This document shows positions 24,351-38,970 of a stretch of DNA of 64,000 nucleotides, piece after piece. The notes beneath the pieces are model-generated. The model saw only the letters and a program-made list of their open reading frames with translations. It ran no database searches and was not told where the DNA came from. This stretch comes from Schmidtea polychroa (taxonomy: Eukaryota), in contig CM097885.1 in the NCBI GenBank assembly GCA_044892525.1, forward strand, positions 20,462,001 to 20,526,000, in the 5' to 3' direction. The first letter of the stretch is position 1, and every line of letters begins with the position of its first letter. A program made the position numbers and the translations under genes.

Positions 24351-27299
24351 TATTATATTCACACTTGCAGAATAATGAATGCATTTCTGCATTTGAATGT
24401 ATTCGCATTATAATTTAAGTATTTTTGTTTTAAACTTTAAAAAGTAACGAAAATGAAAAAAACATTTACATGGTTTGCAATAAATTAGAACTTGCATATT
24501 TTCTTTTTCCGTTTTATGTTTTATCATTCTTCTTACTAAATATTAATAATAAATTAAATTGTAAACATAAAATAATGATATTTTCAATTTTATTAACGAT
24601 TATAAAAATAAAGTTGGTTAAAACAACACTTAAAAATCTCAATGTCAAGGTTTGTTGATATAACCAAAACTTGATATAAGGAAGGTAAACAAAAGGTTTT
24701 AATAGAAACCGAAAAAATATGAATAAAAATACATTCTATCCAGAAAATCTTCTATTTACATAATGTTTAGAAATAAATAAATTTCATTTTCCAGTATTAG
24801 ACAATATTTGAATAGTTTGGAACGTATCAACAATTTCACTTTTTGAAACAAATCTATTTTGTGTACGATTTAATTTTATATGATTTTACCAGGGACGTTT
24901 CTATAGTATAAAAAGGTTTTGCTGTAATTAATAAATTCTCTTATTTAAATATTATGAAATTCATATTTTTAACTTCAACTTGTTTTACTGAAATTATTAG
25001 TTATTTTAAAAATTGTATTTATATTAAAAATTAACTATGAATTAGTATAGATATCGATGTTTATTATTATTTTTCAATAAAATCACTTGAAAAAGGCTGT
25101 GCCGAAAATTCGCGAATGTAATAAAAACATCGATATTTTTAATGATTCACAGTCAAATTTTATTTATAAATACAATGTTAAATAAATTATTCGGCTATCT
25201 GCAAAAGTTCCAGAATTGCTAGAATGACCATTACAAAAACCTGAGTTATTTGCAATAGTAAATCTATAGTCATTAATTAAGGGTAAATCTTTATTATGGA
25301 ACACAATTTCCCATCAAAAATAGTTTGTGGAATTGTATATGCAAAAGGAGCAAGAGAATTGGTGAAATATTTTATTCAAAGAAACGCTAATGTTCCAAAA
25401 ATAAAATATTTCAAATAATATAATAAATGTACTTTCGTTTATGTTTGACTCATTTGATCTTTGAATATATTTTTATATTTTTAAAACGTATTTTTGAATG
25501 GCAAAACAAAAAGTAGAAAAACAGATTTAAACAATTCAATTACTACAAATTTAATATTTTAATTCGTAGAACCGAAAAAAGGATTAATTATTACTTAGTA
25601 ACAAATTTTTATAGTCATGCTTATTATGTAATATATTATTTGTTTTAATAAGAAATATTAATTTACTTAAACAAAATAATGAATTAAGATTTATAAACGA
25701 ACACTGTGGAAATCTTACAAGTGCGCAACGATTTAAACAAAATTATCAATTAATTTACATACTTAAAAATTTTCAGATATTCTTAGAAATTAAATAATTA
25801 AAATTTTGAAACTATGCACTATTAAAATGTAGAAATTGCTTTTAAAAACATATAAAAATAAAAAATAATATTTTGTTTAGATAATTCTCAATTTTCACAT
25901 TTTAATCAAGGATGACTACATATGTTTTTATAATAGAAAAATATCTCATACATTATTATATTAAACATTTAAAATATAAATGTATACTGGCCTTATGAGA
26001 ACGATGATTCTGATTTTTGAAAGATATAATTTAAAACTTATATTAAAATTTCACTCAGAAAGGTACATTATTTGTACATAATCATACAACTATTACATAA
26101 TATTGCCTAAGTACTAATTATATTAATGTAACATTAGATGACTTCATAGAAAATAGGCTAAATTTCCTAAAATCATTTCCGAAAAATAAAATATACCGAA
26201 ATATCACAGAATGAATCACGAGGTCTTCATTTCTAATGCTGAGAATAATTTATTATTAACCCCTTTCGGTTTGAATTAAGAAAATTGCCGATGGACATTG
26301 CAAAGTTACAGATTACAACTATCTCAAGAAGCTCATATTAAACTTTTGGAACACGAGAATTTAATTTGTATTATATTTGTTATGGAATACATAAAAGAGA
26401 AAAAAAATAAATACAAAAAAAACACAAAACTACAAATGTTCGACAAGCAGAAAAACTGCTTTAAACTTCTTTTTTATAATCCATTATGTAGGAGACAATT
26501 GACATTGTTCAAAACATTTTATTCTACATTTTGTATTTTTCATATGACACCAAAATAATGTTAAAATAATTTAGTCATAAAGTCATTCTGTGTTACGTAA
26601 TAAACATTATAAGATGGCATTTTTGGTAAAATAATTAAATATTATAGTATTCATTGTGCTATAATATATTCTGTATGTACTTTTGTATAGTTAGTTTTTG
26701 TAGGCAAACCTTTGATCAAAAGAGTGAATGTCCAAATATACATGAGGGTTTAATTTTCCATTTCTTATAATTTTAAGTCAATGGGTTACGAATCGCAAAG
26801 GGTTTTTAATATCATTGGTAGTGTAGAAAGACCCAGTGCACCAATGACCAGGAGGAGTTAAGATTTATAAAAATGTTGTTTTCAAAAAAGCCAGATTGGA
26901 AATCAATCTACAAATTTTCAAACGAAGTTAGCTCTTCTACTTAGTTATTTTTTTCAAATTTCAAACTCCAACAGGTAAACTTAGAAGTTAGTCAAACTTT
27001 GAACCTAGAAGTTTGCTAATATAGTAGGTTTGAAAAAATACTTGGGAGAAAATTTACCAAGTTTGGTAAAAACTGCGCTATTTAGAAAATTCCCGGGAAA
27101 ATAATTCTTCAGAAAATAAAATTCTTGGTATAAAAATGAAATTAATGAAACTTAATTCAAGTATTATATAAATGTAAATCAGTCAAATCAGTTACATATT
27201 TTTTATTAATTTCATCTAAATTTTGCATAATTCTTATAAGATAGTGAAGTGTTTTTGTTCCATTTGATTAAATCCATCTTTTGTCATCATAATTATTGA

Positions 27300-27850
27300 T
27301 GTATATTTTTCTTGATTATCAATATTTCTTTTCACCATGAATGAGTAATTTCTTTTACAAATTTTTTTTTCCATTTAAATATTCTAACTATGTTTACTAT
27401 ATTAAATTTTTGTTTTTCAATCAAATCATTATTAGGAATATTATTTTCATGTCTAATTTATTGAATTTCTTTGTAAATCAAACTTTTAAGTGTTCTGTTG
27501 AATCGTCCAATGACTGTATTGTGGGATGGACCTTATAAGTTGAATAAATTTCAATATCGTTTAAATGTTTTGTTATAAAACTCCGTACCATTATCGACAT
27601 ATAATTTACTAGAAAATCTATTTGACGACTCAATCATGTTTTCAAATGCGTCAATAATTGTTTCTCCTTTCTTGTTTAATAATGGAATAGCCCAAGTAAA
27701 TTAAGTATACAAATCAATGATTGTTAGGATATATTTATAATTTTTATTATTTTTCGAATTTACTGTTTCAATTTAATTTGCTGACCAAATATCATCCTTG
27801 TTAAAAACTTTAATTTTTAAAATATTTTTTGTATAATTCACTTGCTAAAA
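27300..27850 (-). pseudogene. Retroviral-like (rve) integrase remnant
   Basis: Manual translation KDDIWSAN*...YKYILTIIDLYT*FTWAIPLLNKKGETIIDAF...LYVDNGTEFYNKTF. Confidence 0.85.
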
Positions 27851-27939
27851 CCTTAAATTTATCATAATTATCGATTTTACAACCTACAACTATCGAACTT
27901 TGTCCTCGATCTAAAACAATAAGGTTCTGTCCTCCAACT

Positions 27940-28140
27940 AAGGTGATCTTTGCTTTCATTGCTGTTTTTGTAATTGCTCTTGTAAAGCTTTCCCCGAATT
28001 TCAATAAAGGCTTGAATTAAAAGAATGTCAGCATTTTATCAAGATTTTATATCTTTAACATGATATGTAATATCTTGTTTTAAAGCTGCTTGATCAACAC
28101 GATTTATTGGTTCTTCTCCTGGTTTATGAATATTATTTTC
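27940..28140 (-). pseudogene. Parvovirus-like phospholipase A2 domain remnant
   Basis: KPGEEPINRVDQAALKQDITY...**NADILLI matches the PIN-x-D-x-AA-x-x-HD-x-x-Y pattern, with the catalytic H replaced by Q. Confidence 0.65.
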
Positions 28141-28445
28141 AGCAGAACATCTCTCAAACTTGGACTATATCTTAAGGAATCATCAAAGCTGATTAAGCTG
28201 TTAATCCCCACGAACGTTTAGTCTCTGAACAATCTCCATATTCTAATCATAACGAACTTAGAAGACTTCCATTTATTCCACATTTTTTTTACCATTGTGA
28301 TCGCTCATTACCCAAGTTCCTTCATTAAATTTCTTTAATAAAGTGATAGATGATCACTCTATGAGTTTCCTGCAATTTGAAGGTGTTGCATTTGCTAAAT
28401 TCATAAAATAATGAGCTTTAATTTCTTTAAACAAATATTCTTTTA

Positions 28446-28680
28446 AAATTATTTAATTCCATTTTGATAAATTTTTTCTGCTCTTAAAGGTCTTAAATTT
28501 ACCCAATAAAACATGTCTTGTTCTTCATCATTAAAATTAAAACTAGAAATTGGTAATGTGTGATCTAAGTGCCATACACATCCTTGATTTTCCCAATTCA
28601 TTCCATCATAAAATTGAAATTCAATCCATAGATGAAAATTATCTATTGAACATCGTAAATATTTTATTAATGTTTGACTT
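28446..28680 (-). pseudogene. HNH-type endonuclease remnant
   Basis: WIEFQFYDGMNWENQGCVWHLDHTLPISSF...FYWVNLRPL, resembling HNH proteins of large DNA viruses and Polintons. Confidence 0.7.
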
Positions 28681-30227
28681 TTTTTATTTTAACGCTCTTC
28701 TAATACAGCTTTTTTTTTATTTGTAAATATGTAACAGATTTTAAAGGTTTTTATCCAGGTTGTATCAAAAAAAAATAGAAATAAAATACTCATAAACATA
28801 TAACAAAATAATTTATAATCAAATACCCGAGTATCAATAAGAAGAAAAGAGCAAAAATATTAAATATTAAATTCTTCAGATCTGCGGACTATTCTATTTG
28901 AACATTCATTGAACTGAGTCCTTGGCAAAACAATGTCTTTAATTTCGGTTTTAATAAAAGTTCAGTCAGTTATTTATATTTTTATCTCAAAAAGTTAACA
29001 TTTATCTCGTTTGTCATAAATTGTATATACCCAACATACATGCAACCCGATTGTCCCGACACTTTTTATTGGTGATTCTATCGGGTTCTACAAAATTCTT
29101 TATCACACACCTAAACAATTACATTTATAGATATAAAACTTTTAACATATATAAATGATTAGTAAATTTAACTTTTGGATTTTTAGCATATCGCGTTTTA
29201 GTCGTCTTTTTAATTTCTTCTTTATTCTTTCGTGAATAATCTTTATGATATTATAATATTTTCTCTTTGTGACATTGATAATATCTAGGATGATAAATTT
29301 TTCTACCATATTTTTGTTATCATTCTATACACTCTGAACTATAAACATAGTAATATCTCTTTAATCTAATCCTAAATTCGCAAATTGATTTTATTGTACA
29401 AACTTTTCTTGATGAAACAGCTTTCAACTTTCTTATTCCTAATAAACGCTGGTCTTTATACTTTTGTTCTCTTAACTTATTTTTTATACTTTCACATTTT
29501 TTACAAATACCAAGAAAATAAGATTTTCCATTTCTTTTAATAATTTTAAAAGATTAATTTTATTTTTTAATATTACATTTAGTATATATTTTTAAAGACA
29601 TTTTTATTATGAATTTAGCAAACACTGATATGTCCTTTTTTAAAACACAATTGAGCCCATTTGACCCAAATAGTTATATTTTGGAAAATGATGTTCTCCT
29701 TTATATTTAGTCCATGGAAATTCTGGTAATTTAGAATTCGCTTGTTGTAAATTCTAACCACTTTTTATTTTATGAACTTTAGTTTTTTCATGTTTTGCTT
29801 TGTGTGATTTTGAAATATTTGTTTCACAAGGTTTGCCAAGAATTTTATTTTTTCAAGAATAATTTTCTGGAGAGTTTTCCGAGAATTATTCCGAGAATAT
29901 TTTCTGGAGAATTTTTCAGGAGTAGTGTAGAAAGACCCATTCTTTCACCGTTTCATACAATGTTTACAAAACTTGGTAAATTTTTTCCCATGTATTTCTT
30001 CAAGCTTGCCATGTTAGCAAACTACATGGTTTAAAGTTTGACCAATTTATAAGTTTACCTGTTGGAGTTTGGAGTTTGAAATTTGAAAACTAACAAGGTA
30101 GAAAAACTAACTGGGATTGCTTTCCAAGGTGGCTTGTTTGAAAATAACTTTTTTTATAAATTTTCTACCCCTCTTGGTCAAAGGTGCACTGGGGGAAGAA
30201 TGAGTCTTTCTACACTACTATCATTAA

Positions 30228-31264
30228 CACATTGTTGTCGGGACACGGCAAATGCAGTTTTTGTCGACTGTCGGTTTATGACGGTAAACGGCATTATATA
30301 GGTTATTTATAAGCGTGAAATAAAATGCCTTGAACGGTAATTTGCTGCGTTGGTGCTAGGCGACAGTCTGTCAACGTTTTTTTGAGATGCCTTGTCCGGA
30401 TTGGCTAGTGTACAGCTTGTAAAGGCGTCGCCAGAAATCTAGAGTTCTTATGCGATCGCAATCTCCAGTTTATTTTGAGTCGTTTCACCTATTGAACTAT
30501 TTTTCATACCGCTCGCACTGCTTTGTTTACTGTTTGGTATTTTATTATTTGAATATATTAGCATTGTATAGGAAATGTCTATAAAAATGTCTTTACAAGT
30601 CAATGATAGTGACGATGAAGTGTATGCCGACAATTTATCTAACTGTTCATGGAATGATGATATTGAAGAGTTGTCAGACAACGAACCGAGTGATGATGAA
30701 CAAAGACCAGTTGTTTGCAAAATGCAATGATTGTACTGTAATCCTTCACAATGCCAGTTTTTTGTAAGTACTTACCAATCATCCACTACTTTTTACATGT
30801 ATTTTTATTATTTGTTTACTCAATTGTCATTGTTGTTATATACAAGCATATACTTGGAGGAATGTATGTGATACATGCACTTATAGTGTGTGATGGATTA
30901 TCAACATAAAAAGTGTACTGATTCCTTGAAAGAATAAATACTATGATTCATAAGTGGCATATATGGTATGAATAAACATGTTATCTTTTACATGGAATTT
31001 TCAAATATTGAATGTTATTTACTAAATTAATATCAGGTTTTTTATTCAGCTTTGAAATATGGTGAAATTATGATGTAATCAAAGCAATTATAATTTATTT
31101 TTGATGATCAAATGTCATATATGATTACTTTGAAAATTTCAATCGAAAATATTATTTGGTTTAGAAATTGTGTCAATTTTAAGAAAGCGATATATTTTTG
31201 CGCTAATTGCGAAAAACACCCGCTATAAGCTAGAGTATTGTTCGAGGTGCCAGACTACAATGTG
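30228..31264 (+). mobile_element. Non-autonomous piggyBac-like element
   Basis: TTAA|CACATTGTTGTCGGG...CCAGACTACAATGTG|TTAA; short acidic ORF near 30587-30730 resembles a piggyBac N-terminus. Confidence 0.75.
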
Positions 31265-32402
31265 TTAACAACAAAAAGGTGACTTGTCATTTAATCAATT
31301 GTAGTTTAAATGCTTTAGAATTCATTATTATTATTATAGGACTATCTTAGTCGAAAATATTTTCATTAAATACATTATTCGCAGCAAAAGGCTTAAATTA
31401 TCACTTTTGTATTATTAATATTATTATTATTATTATTATTATTGCTAACATATTGTATTTTAATCAAAAGATTTATTAATTCATTTTAGAAATAATGCAA
31501 TCTATTTTTATTAAAATAAAATTATTCAGATAAACTTAATTAAAATAAATACAGTTTATAGTACAAAATATAGAATACACCATTAAAGGGAGAAATGTTT
31601 ATTATAACAATTAAAATTATAAAATATTCAAAATTAATTACTTATCTTGAATAATTAGTATCAAAAATTTAGTCATAACTGGTGGAATTTCGTATGTAGT
31701 TTAATATTTTACCTTACCCACCAGAGTTGTCTATTTTTTATTTCTTTTACATTTATAAATATCTTAAATATTTAAAAAGCCTTTCAGTTAGATTATTAAA
31801 TAGTTTTTGTCTGTGTCACTACGTTTGGCAGTTTGTTTTAATATACAAAACATAATATACGAGCTTATTTGCCACTTATGTCACTTATATTGCTAAAATC
31901 TTTAACTTTTAATTTATTTTTTCATTACATATTTATTTTATTTGTATGTTATTGTTTTTTTTCTTTATATTTTCTATATATATTTTTTATATTTCATTTA
32001 TATTTTATTTATATTTTATTTATAATTATTTATATTTTATTTATATTTTATTTATATTTTATTTATATTTTATTTATATTTTATTTATATTTTATTTATA
32101 TTTTATTAATATTTTGAATTTTAAATAAATATTTTGATTTATTTAATTATAAAAAAATAAAAACGATTATTATATATTCTCAAAGAAGATAAAAATAATA
32201 ATAGATAAATGGTGAGGATGATAAAGGATTTTACTAAAATCTCTTAGACAGGTTTGGAAGATCTCTAGAAATGTTTATATCAAATTTATTTTGAAGATGC
32301 CAAAATGTTTCTATTAACATTCAATTTTATTAAGTTAACATTATTTTAAAAAAATTTCCTTCATAATGATTTCTTTATGAAATTAATTTCAATTCTCATG
32401 AG

Positions 32403-32841
32403 CAGGGCCGTAACAAGGCGTTATTGCGCCCGGTGCGGTTCATATATCTGGCGCCCCTAAAACCCGAATTCAAAACAGCCTACTATAATAATTATAATAT
32501 TCATGTTAAGATTGTTAACTATTTATTCATCTTCAGCTTTTATAAAAGGTAGTAATGTTCTTAAAATTCTGTTGCTAATTGAAAAAATGACAGGAACCCA
32601 TTTTGTGGACTAACATTTTACAAAATACACATCTATGAAGGCACGCTAATGGACCAGTCCAATCAGCAATGTTAAGATAGGCTAACTAGAGCGTCGTTTT
32701 GCAGGTCATTTGATAATTTCTTTTATTTATATTTTGTTATTTTTTGGTAACATTAAAAAATGTTACATTTCAATTTTGCGCCCCTTTCAGATGTGCGCCC
32801 TGTGCGACTGTACCGCTTGCACCACCCTTGTTACGGCCCTG
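32403..32841. mobile_element. hAT-type MITE
   Basis: 16-bp TIR CAGGGCCGTAACAAGG/CCTTGTTACGGCCCTG; 8-bp TSD CTCATGAG/CTCATGTG (1 mismatch); subterminal GCGCCC motifs. Confidence 0.88.
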
Positions 32842-33250
32842 CTCATGTGTAATAAATAAACTAAGATTAGTTGTTGTTTAATACTTAATAGAGAATATTC
32901 AGACATTTTATTGTTGTCCATAAAATATTTAATGGTCTACCAACAAATATTCACGGTCAAGCAAAAAGTAAACAAAATAAATAATAATATTTTATTGATA
33001 TTAAATATTATTATTATATTTTTGTTATTTTACAATTTATTTTACAATTCCACGTGAAAATAAATTGCATAGAAAATAATGAAAATGCATTTTGAGTAGG
33101 AGATAATAAATTATTTAACGAAAATATAATCAATTGTTTTTTTTAACAAAAATTACTATAAAAATGAATAAAAATCTGAAATGAATTCTAATAGTCAATA
33201 GAAATTTTATCTGATAATTTAAAATTGATCTATTGATGCTGTATATTGTT

Positions 33251-33300
33251 GTGGATCATCGTGGATCATTGTGGATCACTGTGGATCAGTGTGGATCGTC
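33251..33300. repeat. 10-bp tandem repeat (GTGGATCANN) x5
   Basis: gtggatcatc gtggatcatt gtggatcact gtggatcagt gtggatcgtc. Confidence 0.9.
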
Positions 33301-35225
33301 GTTATAATCTATGTATTTATTTAGTTTCTCTTGACAGTTGAACGTAATGTTACCGGAAATGAGATATTCAATCTCTTGATTATCCAATTACGCGGAGTAA
33401 TTTCAATTGTTTTAAACAAAAGAATCAACAGATTATTTTAAGCTATATAAAGCTCTTCTCTCGGATTGTTCAATTTTATATAAAATGTGCAATTGATTTA
33501 AAGAATTTAAAATATTTTTTTTATATATTTCATTTGTTTAAATCTCAAAGAAGTGATAGAAAACAGAAAATTTACAGATTTCCCATTTATTTATTCCAGC
33601 TTTTGAGTTATAAATTTAAATCATTTATACGCTATGTTATCACAGTAAAGACGAACAGGCCTCCAGAAAAGTGTAGATTATCACTGCTTTATGTTAATTA
33701 TATTCATAATTTCAACATAAATTCTAATATTCATTCATTAAAACGATCATGTTTTGATGATATTATTTAAACAAATATGCATGAGTAACTATGAGCTATG
33801 AATAAGGAATTTAACATACAATATCAATCAACAATATACTGTCACACAGTCGCATCTATTTTCATCTTGACAAAAGATAAAAGAAGCAACATAAATTATC
33901 CACTTTGATTTGATAAAAACGAAGCCAAAAATTTGTGTTGCTTAGAATTTCGTTTTAGATTTTTAATCAGGATGAAAATAAATGAAATATTGTCAAAAAC
34001 AAAAAAAAATCAAAAATGACTAAGAATAAAAATCTTTTGTAAATAGTTAACAATTTTAATTAATTAATTTTAATCTAATTAATTCCTTTAAAGAATTCAA
34101 TTAATTATATTCTGATATTCATCAAAGTAAATTGAATATTTTTTAAAACAGGTGAGAAGAAATATTCAATCATTGAGGAACCATGGAGAAAGATTTGGAA
34201 AAGTTTGTATTTTTTTTTGAAAATCTATTTTAGGACGAAATATTACATCTTATAAATAAATACAGCGTAATCGGCTTACGTATTTATTTATATGATTTCT
34301 ATTTTTATAAATGATTCCGATATTATTTTAAAATTTATCTAAACTGAGAATACTAATAAAAAACACATAAATATATGAGTGGTGTAAAATTTTGCTTTCT
34401 TAACATTATATGTTTTACCAAGCTAAATAACTTCTATTTTATATATTTTGGTTTGATACTGGATATGAAGATAAATATCAAATATTAAATATTACAATTA
34501 TAAATTATAATAATTTCAAATTAATTATTAAATATCAAAGTCTAATAACATATTAAATTAAATCTGTTTGAAACATGCATCACAATGGTTTTTGTTGTAA
34601 AATCGATTATTTTGTTTGAATTTTGTTTAAATACGCAGATATAATCAATATCCAAAGTTTTTAAATTCATAATAATATTCATACAGTTTTAATATGGAGA
34701 AATTCAAGGAGTTGTTTAAATAAATGAAAACAAGCGAAAATATTACATTTTATTTTGTCGACAATATTAAAATAATAAATACCATGTGTCCATAAGGTTC
34801 ATGTGCAATTAAAACAAATTAAGTTATGTGATAGAAGAAATTTGTAAAAAGCAAATTTAATGAAGAAAAATTGAAATTTATAAGTATTCTTGTAAATTTC
34901 CAACATTTGAACAATCTTAACTAATACAAAAAGGAATACGATTCTGTAGTTCTCTGAAAACATTTTCGATTTAATTTTAATAAATGTCAGAAATCATATT
35001 TGCTATCTTATCTTGCAAATAAATGCTAAATAAACCAACTTTTAATACATTAGTTTGTTTGAATAATATTGTTAAGTTATTATCGTAAAGCCGGTGCTTC
35101 AAATGATCAAATAAGACCCAACATAAATAATTATTGAATTTCAAAATAATTTTACAATGTCGTCAACTACACTTTAAATTTTATCTGCACTTTTCAAATT
35201 ATTTCTTTTTAAAGTGCAAATCATA

Positions 35226-35267
35226 ATAGTAGACAAGTTCCGAGCTTTTGGCTCTCATCAGTACTAT
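35226..35267 (-). ncRNA. Minimal type I hammerhead ribozyme motif with one core substitution
   Basis: Minus strand ATAGTA CTGATGA GAGC-CAAAA-GCTC GGAA C-TT-G TC TACTAT: perfect stems I and II; GAAA is changed to GGAA. Confidence 0.7.
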
Positions 35268-35699
35268 GCAGGAGACGCGAAGATTTCTGAATATTGCTGA
35301 ATAATTGAATTTCTGAAGGTTGGAAAATTTTGGCTTATAATAACTTATGAATTAATCATTAATTTATTGCACTATCATGACAAATCGATACTCAATTATT
35401 TTCTCCTGCCTCTGGTGCCTCAACCGACTTGTGTTGTCAAGAGGTTCAACAATATTCTTTGGAATTGTTGATCCTATGCATAAAGAAATATCAACTTTGG
35501 TTTCATCGTCAATGAGAATTAAACAACAGTCAATGATAATTCAGTCAACTAGTCAACATATTAACAAATTCTCTCTCTATGTACCGATTTATGGCGATGG
35601 CTTTTATAAATTAAATATTTTTAAACAAACTTCAAATGTTTACACCAAAAACCGCTGAGATACATTTCCTAAAGTGGAGGTAAGTGTATACATCAATTG

Positions 35700-36030
35700 G
35701 ACTCATTAAATTGACTCACCAATTCAATAAATTTAATTTATTTATTTATTTAAGCCATTTTTGAAACGGCTTTCAGTTAAGATGTTTAATTTTAAGTAAA
35801 TTTTAAGTCTTGGATTTTGATCCATATAGATATGAGATCATTATTCAAGTTCTTAAATATTACTTTTAGTCAACATTTGTATTATAAATTATTTTTAATT
35901 AATTTTCAGGTTTTTTAAGAAGTTTATGAAATTTATTTTATAATTATCTTGGAATTATTTTGATATAACGTAGGTCAGATCAATTTTTAATTATAATTAA
36001 ATCAATCGCCAAAAATATATTTTTTCTAAA
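35700..36030 (+). repeat. Dispersed ~330-bp repeat, second copy ~63620-63950
   Basis: CATTAAATTGACTCAC...ATCCATATAGATATGAGATCATTATTCAAGTTCTTAAATATTACTTTTAGTCAACA...AATCAATCGCCAAAAATAT is shared. Confidence 0.85.
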
Positions 36031-38970
36031 ACATTTTTAAAACAAATCAGATATTCTAATGAATATTTAACTTAATTTTAACTCAAAAATAATTATTACA
36101 ATGATATTTTGTCATTTTCATGACAATTTAATATAGTTTCTTTAAAAATACATTTTTTCAGCGATCATTTTTTTTCAAAATTGTTTAAAATCAAGTTATT
36201 GTAGAAACGTCTCCCAGCGGCGCATTTATATTTCTATTTCTATGTGTTTTAGTATATGTTGTTTTTATGTAAAGTATTTAATTTTCCTACTACTTTTTAG
36301 ATTTCGATAGTGTAAGGCGCATCTCATTGCATTATCAATGAGAACATCAGCGTGAAATCAGAGTAAGTATGTATGTTTCTATAATGTAAGATTATTGATT
36401 TTTTTCTTATATTATATGAAACGTATCTGAGTGGTTTCTGGTGTATTTGATTACCACAGGATTTGGAATATTCTGGTTATTCATGATTCTCGTTTTATTC
36501 ATTCTGCTAATTGAGTATCAATTTATCAGTGCTTTAAGAAAAATCAAATCAATGAATTAAATAAGTGAAAAAATCAACTGAAAATCCAATTCAAAATCGT
36601 TTTTGTAAATAAAATTATTAAGAAATTGATATTAAAAGTATATATGACAGTCTAAAGTGCTGACTTCTTGGTAGCAGAATTTATTATTTAAAACAATAAA
36701 GTTATAATTTAAGCCTTTTGCTGCGAATAATGTATTTAATGAAAATATTTTCGACTATAAGATAGTCCTTGTCAATCTTTTTGTTTAGTTGTTTAAATAT
36801 TATATATCTTTTAAAAGTTATTTTTGTTATGAAATTGATATTTATTTTTATTCAATTTTAAAAATTGCCATGACCAACAATCAAAGTAATACAATATTTA
36901 GAGAAAAATCTGGGGAATTCGAGAAATCATTTAAAGGAAAATATAAATTTGTTTTTAGTGATGCATCTAATATAACTGAAGATTTAGATGAGTACAGTTA
37001 TTATTTATGCAAAATCTTTGGAGCAAGACTACATTTATTTACTAGCAACCTATTTAAAATTTGTTAACGAAGCATGGATTACCTTTCAAGAATTTGGTTT
37101 AAATTTTATTCACAACTTGTGAAAACAAACAATGCTATCCAGACTTCAGATTTTGCAACAGTATTTATCCCTGTACTCTTTTTTACATTAACTAGGATAT
37201 CCACAACGAAACTTTTGTTAAAACTATTCACAACAAATATTTTCAAATTTTTGAAAGAAGAATTTGAAATTTACAGATTTTTCAAAGATTTTTCTATAAT
37301 ATTTAAAAAGATATATTTTCAATTTTGACACATTAATATCAATATTAACAATTCAAAATTTTTTCCTATTGAACTTTGGGATTTGCCGATACTTATTTAC
37401 ATAATTTGTTATCCTAATTCACTTTGCCAGTTGGTTTTAAAATTTTTAATCCATTAAAACATAACCATTAAAATTATTTGTTTTAATTTCTCAATAAAAA
37501 AAATCTTTTATATTTGTAATCTATATTAACAAAATATGTCTAAAATTATCAATAATTCATAATAGTAAAAACGGTAGGTTGTGTTTTTCTTTGTTCGTGT
37601 TTTTTTTATTTATTTTAATAAAATAATTAATGTTTTGTGCAATCATGATTGTGACACCAGGGGGTGCTGGTTTGAGATGAAAGATTTTTGTCTTCTTTTA
37701 ATCATTTAGTGATGAAATGGTCATTATTTCTAGAAATAATAAATTACAATATCCGTAGATATAAATCACACAATTTTAGACGAAAAACTATTTGATTGTA
37801 ATTTAATTTTATTTTATTTTTAATTTAATTATATAAACTGTATTATATATAATTATTTTATAATCTTTATATAATATTTTTTAATCATTGTTTCATTAAG
37901 ATTTGACATGAACAACGTATGGCTTAGTTTTAAAGAATTATTTTACAAATTTTTTTACTCATTTTTACCATAGGCCTCATTTTGGGATCACTTTATTATA
38001 TTTTGCTAACAACACTACTTTGACAGATGTCATATATTTTTGAGGTTAAATGTCATTTAGAGAGTTTGCTCCAACGTTTGTGTATTAATTTTCTTTCATT
38101 TTGTGATTATTTAAGGAAAATAATAATTGTTAGAGTTAAATTTGAAAAAAAATTAAAATTTGGTTAAAAATAGGTTTAATAAATTTAATACAATTCCAGA
38201 AAATATATTCGTTTTAAAAATTACCATTTTATGTGATGTTAAACAAACAAAAGTTGTTTTATATATTGTTTTAAAACAATTTCAATCAAATTATTACCCT
38301 GATATTGTAAATTAATAACTAAATAAATTTAAATTTTTTTTAAATTTAAAATTTCATTTACGTCTTTTTTAGTTTAATTATTTATTATATTATTTATTAT
38401 ATTTTCTTGCACATTTTTATTAAGTCATTTCTTTTATTTGGAATTTCGGATCATTACACATAACTGTTGTTATTTATTTAACTACTGCAACTGTTCCAGG
38501 TCTTACTTTGAAGGGTAAAAATATTTTCTGCCGAAAAACACAAATACCACAATTTATTTTTTTCGATGCGCATCTCAGTTGATTTTCAAGGTTTTCTTCC
38601 AACAGTGATTTTTGATAAATTAAATTTTAGAAAATAATGACCAGCGCCCATACGATTTTCACTTTTGCTAGTTATTGCTAATGGATGCACTTTTCAGCAA
38701 TGAAATATATTTTTTAGTCACTGTATGAAACAGTTTTACTACTTTCCGTTTAACACTAATAAAGTTTTTAAAATGACAACCAAAATTAAAGTTTTTATTG
38801 ATAACTGTGTGGACAGTAGTTTTGACAGTTCTGAAATAATGAAATATGTTATGTCAAAATTTTTAGTAAAAAAAGTTCTTTTTTATCATTTTATAGGAAG
38901 GGATTCTTACAAAAAGGTTTTGGAATGTTTCATGTCGTTTAAAAATATAAAACAAATTTAAGTTGTTTAA

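Larger units (their letters stand above)
26817..30219 (-). mobile_element. Decayed, internally deleted Polinton/Maverick (second family)
   Basis: Perfect 6-bp TSD ATCATT (26811-26816, 30220-30225). Diverged ~300-bp TIRs begin (A/G)GTAGTGTAGAAAGAC. Integrase, PLA2-like and HNH remnants lie inside. Confidence 0.88.

Noticed and set aside
6114..30219. Bipartite system in which the pPolB-only element and the integrase-bearing element complement each other
   Set aside because: The TIRs differ after AGTAG and the second element is far more decayed, so nothing links them directly.
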